Under the pieces are notes generated by a model, which saw nothing but the letters and a program-made list of their open reading frames with translations, ran no database searches and was not told where the DNA came from. Shown here piece after piece: positions 52,688 through 64,000 of a stretch of DNA of 64,000 nt; position 1 is the stretch's first letter; every line of letters starts with the position of its first letter. Source of the stretch: Asterias rubens (Eukaryota); contig NC_047078.1 of NCBI RefSeq assembly GCF_902459465.1, positions 1,488,001-1,552,000 of the forward strand. The letters run 5' to 3'. Position numbers and translations under genes: made by a program.

Positions 52688-54240
52688 TTAAGCACCACCC
52701 CCCCCCCCCCAACAAACACACAGGCAATAATGTCATTTTTACAAATGAAAACAAAAAAAATAATAACAGTTTGCAAGGGGGAAAAGCTAACTTTGTTACC
52801 GTGGTGGTGGTAAAGTAAACAGATGGTGGTGGTGGTGGTTGGGGGGGGGGGGGGGTATTATATAACGAGCACATTTTCTGTCTGACAAACTAACTAATGA
52901 TACAAATTTAAATGTCAGATCCTAAGTTTACATATAAATAAAACATAAAAATAAAAACATTGTTTAGCAAGACATCCTGTGCGCCACTTTTAAACGGTGT
53001 ATAAAGAAACACGTTTGTATTATACATTTGTAACTGTCCTAATAAAACTATAGCCTTACCATTGAGTTGTCATGCTGACAGGGCCCAATTTCATAGAGCT
53101 GCTTAAGCAGAAAAGAAGCTAAGCACAACAAAATTATGCTTACCAGAATAAGGTAACCAGCCAAAATACCATGTCACATGCACCATTTCTTAATGCCTGC
53201 TCATTTTTGCTAATCACACATTGTAAGCAAAATTACCTGCTTAAGCAGCTCTATGAAATAATTTGGCCCTGATCTTGTCTGAATGGCATACATTCACGGC
53301 AATTAATTTGTTGAACATTTTGCCACGATGCACTTTTTAAAAGATTGTTTACACTATTTTGTTAATCTGTTTTCTGTATTCCATTGTTAGTGTTTACTTG
53401 CCGTTTGTTTCAATAAAAAAGAACACATCAATTCGCCAAGAACTTATTACTTGTCATTCTTATACTTTAACGGCGTCTTAAAAACTGTTGTCAGTTTGCA
53501 CATTATTGGCGAAGTGGCTCAATATTGAGCATTCATCACTTGCTTAACAACACATGGCGGCCTACTTTATTAATTTTAGACAATCGGCTTGAAATGAAAC
53601 GACGATCTCTTCTTCAGCTTTTCGATAACGTATACACTTTAGACTTTATTCACAAGTGTATGATTTATACTTACTTTTTAAACAGTATATTGACCGTAAC
53701 TAAATTAGATCTTTAATAAAAACGCGCTAAATGTATTTTGTGCTTGCACTTCAAGCCCACATGCACTTTTAATTTGAAAGAGTTGTGTGTGTATTATTTT
53801 GAAGTATTCATGTCAAAAGCTTTGACAGAGAAGGCAGAATGCTGGTTTGCAGCTCTAAGACCACAGTCAAACACTCCAAGATCTTGGCCCAATTTCATGG
53901 CTTTTCTTACCGCAGAATTCTGTGCTTGTGATCTCCATTCTTCGCTTACGGTGAAAATGCTGAATTTCGGCGCTAGTTTAAGCAAAGAATGCCTGTGAAA
54001 CGTGAAGTACGCACGCGCCCAAGAAACATTTTCGTGCTAATCTGTGATAAACACTGCTTCCATAATCGCCGATTCGTTGCTTACGGTAAACAGAGCCATG
54101 AAATTGGGCCAGGGTTTTGGTATAGTAACATAATCGTACATAGGACGTGGAAGGCAGAGGTGGGTTGGTTTATCCCATGTTTTGCTAGATCCAATTATGT
54201 TCATTTAGTATTTTCACTAATCTGAAGATTGTAATAAATG

Positions 54241-55627
54241 TTATTCATTTAATACTGACAATACCTCTCTCAGAACGAGGTACAATTCAAGTCCACTGTA
54301 GGCATCATGTGACAAAGTAAGGTGTCTCTTTGCCATGATAAAACTGCAAAGACGGAAGACGTCCTCATCGCATGGAATCGATCCTCGGAAGATACATTCT
54401 TCCTCACATTCGTCTAAATCATCTTGAGTGATCCCCTGTGTGTAGTTTTTAGTGTTATATAATTCTGGCACGAAATACATAACATTTGGTCGGCCGTGTG
54501 GTACATTTTCATTCTTGGATGGGGAAATGATATGCGTATTCCACACATCAGCTGTCCGGTCAAGTTCATCCTGAAAAAAATAGTAATAATAAATTATAAA
54601 AAGTGTTAAAAAGATAATTATAATAAAAATAGATTTGCACACACATATGAAATATTACTGACTCGAAAACTTTCAACTATAAAACACCAAGTTTGTCATC
54701 ATGAGACCTACTCACGTTTGAAATTGACAAATTGTCATAAAAATAAGGAAAACAAGAAAAGAAAGAGCAACACAAGCAGTATAAAACGTGTACCTGGATT
54801 AGGCCGAGGAAACAGAAGAGAACTAGGTTCACGTCAAGAAAGGTGCCATCAAAGTATCCCTCGTTCTTCATTCCATGGAAAAATTCTAGCCAGAACTCAA
54901 TGCATTCTTTCCTCAAAAATCCCCAAAAACTTTCGATCCGTTGATTGTGGTTGCTTGAACCGTACATGAAACTCCTTTCTTCTGCAAAGGCATCACTTCC
55001 ATTACGCCGTAAGAATCTCTGGAATTCCCGTACATAGCAGTTCTCTGTCCCACGGTCTGCTCTTACAATTCTAGGACAGCCTTGAAGACTTTTTACAGTT
55101 TCAACGAAGTAACCGCCGATAACTCTTGGATCACTGCTGGTCCTGTACGCATTGAGCCAGCATAGTTTTCTTGCAAACCCGTCAATGCATCCATTAATGC
55201 ACAGACCGAAGGGACGCAACTTGTCATAGGAGTCCATGTGCCATATATAATTTGGTCCCTTTGAGAAGTAGGACCGTCTTGATAGTCTTCTTGCACGCCG
55301 CATTTCCGTTCCAATAGGATCGACCAAAGACAAGATAACCCTGACGTGTTCTTTTCTTACATTTAGACCATTCAATTTGCATTTTTCAAACATCCATCTG
55401 TATCCATGACAAGAACCTGACCCTTGGAGTTCTCGTCTTATGAAAGCAACCACTTCTTGAAGATTGGTATAATTTTTCCGACGAAAAAGCCCTTGTCTCT
55501 GTAAGGTCCTCTTCAAAGTTCTTTCACTTAAAAGTATTTTGTGTTTTGCAATAAGAATATTTACAATATCCTTATACTCCAGGCCAAGGTGAAAATATAT
55601 CTCTATCAGTTTGTTTCGGTTGGTCAT
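54241..55627 (-). CDS. IS3-like DDE transposase with an N-terminal HTH-like region, about 387 aa
   Basis: Exons 55627-54794 and 54570-54241 (phase 0, GT-AG). Triad WHMD...ADRGTEN...NQRIESFW. N-terminus MTNRNKLIEIYFHLGLEYKDI...SERTLKR. Confidence 0.88.
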
Positions 55628-55970
55628 GTTCGTTCTTGTGGTTGAGAATGGCACAGACTATTTGATGAATTCTGATGCTGGTAGACTATTGAAGCTGTTA
55701 GGGGATGCCGTTAGACTTTGCTCAAAAGACCTAATAGAAACAAAATAAATATAAAGATGTAAAGTGCTATTTCTTTGAGAAGGAATGGAGCATAAATCCA
55801 ACGTTATGGTGGCACATAAATAAAGGGAAATGTATGTACTCTCTTTCTAAATAGCATAATCAAAAGAAGCCTTCATTGGGAAGGTAGGGATGAGAAGTAG
55901 ATGGCTCAGTAAGTTTGGTCATCTAATGAGTCTCCATTATGCAGAACCCCCCCCCCCCCCCCGAAAAAAC

Positions 55971-56012
<42 letters not shown>

Positions 56013-57378
56013 AACAATCTAACAAACAAACAACAAACAACAAGTAACTCGCGTATTTGGGAATAATTTCTCGCTCGCTCTATTAATACTAATGGAGTCA
56101 TTTGTTCTGTAAATCGTTACATAGACATGACACTGTTTTGTAAAACAGCGCATTCTCTCCCGCCATACCCGTCAACTATGTCACCCTTTTGCCGTCAAAA
56201 GAGTCAACCACAAGCTTTTTTAGACCCACATTCAATTGTTATAATAATTATGATAGTGTGATCTTGTGGCCAGTGCCAGTCAATACTAAAGGGCATATAC
56301 GTACAAAAGTAAGTAACATTAAAATTCGTAGGTGTTTTACACAGACCAAAGTGATAATTACATTACCCTGAATCAAAACAACTATACACACTACCGACAA
56401 CTCTATATAGTCTATATGAGACCTATTAAGTTTCAATTAACAATGTATCTGTATCCAATCATACTGATCAAGATTGAAAAACTTACCAACACGGTCATCA
56501 TCAGATACGTCAGGTTTACTTGCGTCGCTGCCCTCCGCCATCTTGAAGCAAAGTGTTGTTGTGAGGGGATCGCTTACGCATGCGTGCAGCGCCATTTCAT
56601 GCCTTAGTTAAACCGTGCGAACGCATTACTAATTCGTTCGAACGAATTGCTAATTCGTTCGAACGGATTACTAATTCGTTCGAACGGATTATTAAACCGT
56701 GCGAACGGATTACTAATTCGTTCGAACGGATTACTAATTCGTTCGAACGGATTATTAAACCGTGCGAACGGATTACTAATTCGTTCAAACGGATTGCTAA
56801 TTCGTTCGAACGGATAACTAAACCGTGCGAACGGATTATTAATTCGTTCGAACGGATTACTAAACCGTGCGAACGGATTATTAATTCGTTCGAACGGATT
56901 ACTAAACCGTGCGAACGGATTATTAATTCGTTCGAACGGATTACTAAACCGTGCGAACGAATTAGCCACTGCATATTTTTTTCTTTCCACTGTCCCTTCC
57001 TGGGCTCCGTAGATTTATCAAGTCAGGATGGTTCTTTTACAAAAACACAACACCATCATCGGTATAGGGTCACAAATGACCTGCCTAATGTCACATTGAA
57101 CAACTCAAATCCTTCCCTCAGCTCTCTTGAGTTGTGTTCATCCTTGAACCCCTTTCACAAAGAACATTTATCATGGTGCCGCCATCTTGATTTTGCTCCC
57201 ATTCAAATCAAAGCAATCAAACCGAGGCTGGAAGGAGAAACAGTCTGGTTCCCTTTTGTACAATGAGTAATAGTATATTTTATTGCAAAGGAAACGAGGT
57301 ACATGACCAAGATGGTGACAGCATGATAATGGTCTTTTGTTGCATTGGAAAAAAATACCATGTTAGCCTTACAGCTAA

Positions 57379-60300
57379 TTAGGTAACGTAGTTGACTGAT
57401 ACCCTATGGTAAAGTTGTACTTTTGCATCGTCTACTACTGCTAGGTGTTGCCCATCTTCCGTGAATGTGATTCCCCTTGGTCGACGCAGACCTTGAAAAA
57501 TACAGGAGATGAACTTCCCATCACTATCATAACGATGGATATGACCAGAACCAGGGTCAAGGTTGGTAACTGCCACGTAGATAGCGGAGCCGTCGCAGCA
57601 TACGCCCCTGCAGTAGTCCACAGGCTGACCATTCATGGTGGGTTTGATGGTGACAAGGGTAGCACCTTGGTCATCGATAACAATAACTTGGTTGCCAGTA
57701 CTGACAACTATTCTGTCATTGCAGTCAGTGGCCAAGAACCGCGGTGACTTCGGCAGTGATATACGTGTAGTGTGTATTAGCTCACCAGCAGGACGGTGTA
57801 TTAAGGTTATCGCGTTCTCTGTGGAATGTCCTACCAGAATAGTACCGTCTTTCTTCATACAAATGCACGTGTATCCATTGAGAAAATCAAGATATCCTCT
57901 AAAGAGACAATTGCAAAAGAAATTATACGATGGTTAAAAAAAAATTACTTATTTCATTCCATCGAAATTATGTTTCCTTAGCTTCGATATCAACGTCTCC
58001 CTGCTCCCTTGAAACAATTCAATAAAGGTTTAATTTAATTAAAAAGCAACAATGTGGACCCTGACACCCCCACCGAAAATCAACAATACAAAGCAAACAA
58101 AAAGACACATTAGCAGGCTGTTTTAGTTCTACGGCGATCTCGTAATATTAATTGAAAATTAAAAAGGCATCAGTAGTCGCTAAAATAATTCGTTCCTTCG
58201 AGTTGTTATTTTAGGGAACGAATTATTTAATGTAATTTCAATTCAATTAAATTCAATGCACGACATAAGATAAACAGCCTTAGTTTGATGTGCTTTCCGT
58301 CCTGGTATTGACGCTTGCCAAAAGGTTGCCTAGTTTACCGGAACCAGTCTGATCGATCCGCTGATAGTGGAAAATTGCGTCAATCTGAGGTGGGACATAA
58401 TTACTTTTTAAAATGGTCAAATCTTGGTCGATGATTGGAAATAAAGACAGAAAGTCACATTCTGAGCCTTTGTTTGTTTGGGCGTGGCTGATATCAAATG
58501 AGCAAAGTTTATTTCGAGGAAAACAATTTGCATTTTGGGGGAAGGACTTTTTTTTAAGGGAACGAAATGATTTCGAAGAAAAAACAGTATATAAGGGGGA
58601 TGAAAATATTATATTGAGAGAACGCAGTTAATTGAGTATAAAAACATGTTTTACTTTTTCCTACTCGTTTCGTCTATCTTTCCATCAAGGAATGGATGAA
58701 GCTGAGAGGTTGTTGTGAAATCCTCATTGTAGATCTGGACACATCCACTCTGATAATCAGCCACCATTAAGCCATTGCGAAAAGATGCTATGCCATTTTG
58801 ACCAACTGACATAAGAAAACAAATAGAATAAAAACCCTGTAATGATTACATGAAAATCTAGCAGACTTTTTTTTAATTCGTGAGTCCAATTGGTAATTCG
58901 TTCAGCAATCAAACCCACACCACCCTCGCAGTCGGGAGCAGACAACATGTCGACCATGAAAATAATGTCAGAGCACATTTTTGAAGAGTAATTTTTTCTT
59001 TTTTGTTGGTTTGTCCCCCCCCCCCCGTCACGTCTTTGGCACAAAGATTGTAATTGCAAACGTCATTGCATCTTTGTTTCACACAAGCTATTCGAAGCCC
59101 TCCTGTTGAGATATTGAAATAACATGTTTTCATCGGAACACTTACTTCCCTTCATTGGAATAGTTTTCTCAAGTTTACCATCAGTTCTGCAGATAGCCAA
59201 TTTTCCATCACGTGAACGTCGGGTGATGGCGGTAGTTACTGCAAGTCTGTCACCTGGCAGAGATGCTATATCACAAAAAGACTCCATCCTCTTCCTCGTC
59301 CACGTCCTATGACGCCTGAGTTCACGACGCGGCTCCCACTTAGTTCCGATCTCCAGGTTGCCTAGTATAATAGAACCAGTCTGATCGAGGCGCTGATAGT
59401 GAAAACTTGCGTCAATCTGAGGTGGGACTTTATTACTTTTTAAGAAAGTCAAATCTTGGTCGATGATTGGAAATAAAGACAGAAAGTCACTATCTGAGCC
59501 TTTGTTTGTGACATCTCTTGCGATGGTCAGCGTATCTTGCTTCCTCTGAAGCAAAGATTGCATTGTTTTTATTTGTTCGTCAAATGCTGTGCTGCGATCC
59601 TCCTTTAGGACCCGGATCTCTCGCAGAATTCGGTCTTCTTCGGCTTTCACTTTGTCCCTCGCCAAATCTGCTCCCTTCTTCACCTCTTGCACTGTTTGTG
59701 AAACTTTCCTTTCAAATTGTTGCTGAGCTTTGCATGCAAGATCTAAACATTCTTTAACATGTTTGATTTCATTGGTAATTGTGGGAAATAGTTCTTTAAA
59801 ACCCCTCTTATATTTGGAAGAAGCTGATGCGCAATCAATGTACCGATGCTCGGGTTTGCAATGGTTTACAACAGTGCAGACGTGACAAATCAAGACATGA
59901 CACGTCTCACAGTAAAATCGATTGATCTCACCCTTGTGCGTGTTGCATGTATACTCCTTTTGTACCTCTGGTAGGGTAACCTTTCCCTTGCGAACATCTT
60001 CCAAGGTTCCGACTGTGTGATCAGCTGAAACTTTGCTTCGCCTGTGAATGTTCATGCAGCCCTGGCAGATATTCTGAGAGCAGTTTAAACAATGATGTGT
60101 AACCTCGTTCTCAGTACATAATTCACATGTGCGTCGTGCTTTGTCTGATAGTTTGGCAACCTTCTCCTGGAGCTCGACTTTTTCCCTCAATGTTATTATG
60201 AACCCATTGGTCTTGAGGCCACTGATGCCCCCTGGCACTGGTAGTCGTATCTTTTGCCGACACAATGGACAAGGTTTTACAACATCGTTGCCATAGTATT

Positions 60301-60430
60301 GAACCAAACATTTTTCACAGAAGCTGTGTACGCAACTGAGGATTTTGGGATGTGTGTACCGTTCAAAACAGATACCACATTCCAAAAAGTCTTTACCAAT
60401 TTCCTTGAGTACTGCAGATGCACTCGCCAT
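57379..60430 (-). CDS. TRIM-NHL E3 ubiquitin ligase, copy 2, 651 aa
   Basis: Exons 60430-59146, 58805-58655 and 57898-57379 (1956 nt, open). Same architecture as copy 1, and the indels found are in frame. Confidence 0.9.
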
Positions 60431-60561
60431 TTTACCTAGCAGAAAAAAATAAAAATAGAAACTAGATTATTTGAGCAACCAAAGAAAATTAATGAACATT
60501 TGACCCGGATCTTGATCTCGTGGTGGCCGACTTATCCCGGGTCAGTTTTCACACATAATCT

Positions 60562-62331
60562 CCCAGCTAAACATGTAAACATTGGCCCAACGTTGGCAAA
60601 CGTACACATTTTTGGTAGGGCAACCGTTGACAAGTGACGTTTGTTAATACGGCACAAAAATATACGGCACAACAATTCCCGACGTTGGCATAACCTAAGG
60701 ATGCAGACGTTAGGTTGCCCGTATTATAAATACGTTGAGCCAACGTTGGAAATTTACATGTTATACTCCACAACATTTCCCGACGTTGGCACAACCGTAA
60801 GACGCCGATGTTAGGTTGCCCACATTATAACTACGTTATGCTAACGTTGGAAATCGACATGTTATACGACTCAAGAATTCCCGACGTTGGCATTCTAAGG
60901 ATTCAGACGTTAGGTTGCCCGTATTATAACTACGTTGAGCGAACGTTGGAAAGTCACCTACTATACTGCACAACATTTTCCGACGTTGGCACAACCTAAG
61001 GATGCAGACATTAGGTTACCCGTGTTTTAACTACGTTGAGCCAACGTTGGAAATTGACCGGTTATTACTGCACAACATTTCCTGTCGTTAGCTCAACCTA
61101 TGGATGCAGACATTAGGTTGCCCGTTCTATATCTAAATGAGCCAACGTTGAAAAACGACATGTTTCACTGCATAACATTTCCCGACGTTGGCACAACCCA
61201 TATTAGACGACGTTAAGTTGCCCCTATCATAACTAAGTTGTGCCAACGTTGTAATTCTGACTGTTGTATTTCATACTGTTTACAAACGTCAGTACAACGT
61301 TTAAAAACTGACTCCGACCTTCCCAACGTCTGTTCAACGTTCGTTTTTTGATGCCGACTTTGCCGACGTTCACCGGTGTTGGCCCAACGCACAGTGGGCC
61401 AGGTCAAGGTCAAACCGCGCCAAAATAGGCAACTGGTGATTGTTTCAAAAATCAGTACTTCCATGTTGTTATTGTTCTTAATAGTCCAGGGGTATGTTAA
61501 AAGAAAGAATTAATGAAAAAAATACTCTTTAAAATTAGGGTTATGACTTTATTTAGACAAAAAATCGTAACAAAGTGCGGCAAAACCGTTGAACTTAATG
61601 GGTATTTTAACTTGCGACCCTGAACGGCTCATGAAAGATAATGCCATGAAAACTAACATGAAAAATAATCAGTTTAATTTCTGTTTACTGTTTGAAAAGG
61701 TCCGATAAATCCCATAAAATGCCTCCTAGTTTTCATTTATTTCAATCAGAGACGTAGGAAATATAAAATGCCGCCGATTGCCGCTTTAATTCTAACTTTT
61801 TTCAGTAGCCTGAACCTTCAGGAACAGTCTAAAACCAAATTTGGTTGCGACATTTTGCGACTTTGGAAATTATTCAATTTTGAAGTTGTATACCCCTAGG
61901 AGAAACGCCTGTTTTGACTCAACCACCTGTAACGACAGTGTGTGTGTCAGCGGCCATATTTCTCTGTTTAGCATCAAAGAAAGACCACCCTTTATGAGTA
62001 CCGCCTTTAGAAACCCTTATGAAAACACACTTTGCATCGCAAAACATTTGTTCACGAACTGTTTCTTTGATATGCCAAGGGGAAAAAATGAACAAAAGGA
62101 TATTAGTAGTTATTAAACTCTTGCCGACCAATCACGATTCAGCACTATGGTGACGTCATAGATCTTTAAAACCATGACCATCAAATTCTACGTATCAGAA
62201 AACCCCTTACAACCAACTTTCCATCATAAATATGTTTAAATATAATGTTCACCAAAAATATGTTGAGATATAATTTTGGCACACTTTAATTCAATTCTGG
62301 CCAACTGTGCAACGTATGCATGATAGCTGGG
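60562..62331. mobile_element. CACTA/CMC-like element (CCCAGCTA TIRs, 2-bp TSD CT) with AACGTT-rich tandem units
   Basis: atct|cccagctaaac...gatagctggg|ctgttt. Confidence 0.75.
61390..62309. mobile_element. Transib/RAG-like non-autonomous element, 920 bp, 5-bp TSD CAACG, RSS-like ends
   Basis: caacg|CACAGTGGGCCAG...CTGGCCAACTGTG|caacg. The paralogous empty site with a single caacg is at 38162-38166. Confidence 0.85.
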
Positions 62332-64000
62332 CTGTTTCAACATGACTATGGATGTGTCCAAATGACAGAATCACAATTAAACTTAAAACGACTCTCCAGA
62401 TTAGACTGACCTGGAAGGGGTCGAACCCCCTGTGATCAAGAAATAGGGTCAGTAAGTCTACTGACCCGTGAGTGTCCCTTTTCGTACTATGTATGTAACT
62501 ATAGTTACACCCAAAAGCTAAAAAAACACGACTACAAGTTTTTAAAGTTTAACTGCCTCAATATTTTCATGTTCTACCTCTACCCGTTGACTCAATAATA
62601 ATAATAATGGAGTCAAAATAAAATGGCAATAAAGAAATGCGTCTCTGAAATTAATTTAAAAAAATAGAGAAAAAAAGCAGCAAAAGCACATGTTATATTC
62701 TACAGATTGCGCCTTAGTACAGCTAAGCCACCATCCATCGCTAGAAATGGGCCTAATGGGATTTATTTAGGGGTCAGTTAATAGTCGACAGCTGTAGCCA
62801 TTGCCTACCCGGAGCCAAGATTGTCAGTCGGCTACGATGAACGTCGACGCAGCAGTTGGTTTTAGTATTTTCGTAATAATTGCAGACTTGACGCGAATAA
62901 TCATCTTGTATGTATCACGTCCCCAGCTATTATTACCATGCACGGTATCAATATATGAATTTCAAGCAAAAGACTTACCAGAAAAGAGCAAAATAGTCTT
63001 GAGGAAGAAAAATTGCTGCAACTATTGCGGGTAGAATGGCAGTAGTCTGGTATGAGTTCCCAGTGGGCGTATCTGTTGTGTACAGGTGTGAGAGGTGAGA
63101 ACACTATCTGCACCTAGCTCTTTTTCAAAATGCTTGTGGACAAGTCGTAATGTTTGTCGGGCTGATAGCATACCTTACTCTCCCTGCGACTCTTGACATG
63201 ATCGTTGTATCGAGACTACTTGCTCGCAAGATTACTGCTGTTGCGACTACGTCCCCAGCAGTCTCGCGCGAAATCAGTTTTCCCGCGAGAAAGTATAGTC
63301 TTCCCTGCGGACAACAGCAGTGTCGCGAGACTGATGAGTAAACAATAGTTTTTTTCTTGATGATTGAATGAATGATTGGGTTGGCTTGGCAAAATTGATA
63401 TTTTATAATATAATAAATAAGCAATTAAAAACTGCATGATTGTGTTTTTGTAAAACTAAGAGGGAAGACCCATCATGTCATGTTTGTAAACTACTACCTA
63501 AAAGTAATGACATGCTAGGCAGAAACCTTTTGTTTTAATTTAAGAAACAAACAAACTCTCCACGTATTGCACATGTCTATGTGTACGCGAGATGGGGAAC
63601 AATCACAACAACACTCAGTCACCCCTCGAAGAAAAAATGATACGGCCCGACTAGCACGGACGTCAAACAAGACTCATTTTGCCGATATCCAGAGATAGTT
63701 ATGAAAATAACAGAAATCTTATAATATATCATCTATATCTATACTGAACAATTTAGTTTTGAGCCATTTAATCAGTAAAAAACAAACCATGAAGGGAAAA
63801 AACTAACACCGATCCAGCGAGCTTCAGTTTCTGCGAAATGAATGCGTGGTCTGATCTAGTTCCCCGTTCAACCTACGTTATACGCGGGTTTATAAGAGAA
63901 TACACGGAGCCAGACTATAGAAGCACGTTGCATATTGTAATCGGGTCATGTCTTAGAAGAGAAACGTTGCATGATTGGAAGCAAAAAAAGCCCCTTTTTC

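Larger units (their letters stand above)
47769..57011. mobile_element. IS3EU-type DNA transposon, 9,243 bp, encoding a DDE transposase and a HECT E3 ligase
   Basis: GATTTA|TACTAAGCCC...GGGCTCCGTA|GATTTA (6-bp TSD; TAY..RTA ends as catalogued for IS3EU). TIR similarity extends 47769-~48710 versus 57011-~56180. A related empty site lies at about 43570-43600. Confidence 0.88.
57379..63330. repeat. Segmental duplication unit B
   Basis: Direct repeat of 33494-39161. Confidence 0.92.

Overview
AT-rich, intron-containing animal DNA. The gene set and repeat style suggest an invertebrate deuterostome, probably an echinoderm such as a sea star (inference). Host genes: (1) the 5' part of an Amt-family ammonium transporter (minus strand, runs off the left edge); (2) a complete U2AF35/U2AF1 gene (minus) head-to-head with (3) a complete PSENEN/PEN-2 gene (plus), whose last ~60 coding bases are tandemly amplified about 9 times behind the stop codon; (4,5) two intact 3-exon TRIM-NHL E3 ligase paralogues inside a ~6 kb direct segmental duplication, with divergence concentrated in the beta-propeller. 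Main accessory feature: a 9,243-bp IS3EU-type DNA transposon (47769-57011; TAC...GTA ends, perfect 6-bp TSD GATTTA, ~0.8 kb TIRs). It carries two convergent, apparently intact spliced genes, a DDE transposase and a stand-alone HECT E3 ligase, and each TIR contains a mirror-image ATG plus splice-donor first exon. Also present: a 920-bp Transib/RAG-like non-autonomous element with a 5-bp TSD and RSS-like ends (heptamer, 23-bp spacer, A-rich box), CACTA-like, Harbinger-like and Kolobok-like MITEs, SINEs and LINE fragments. All alignments, counts and exon models were made by eye.
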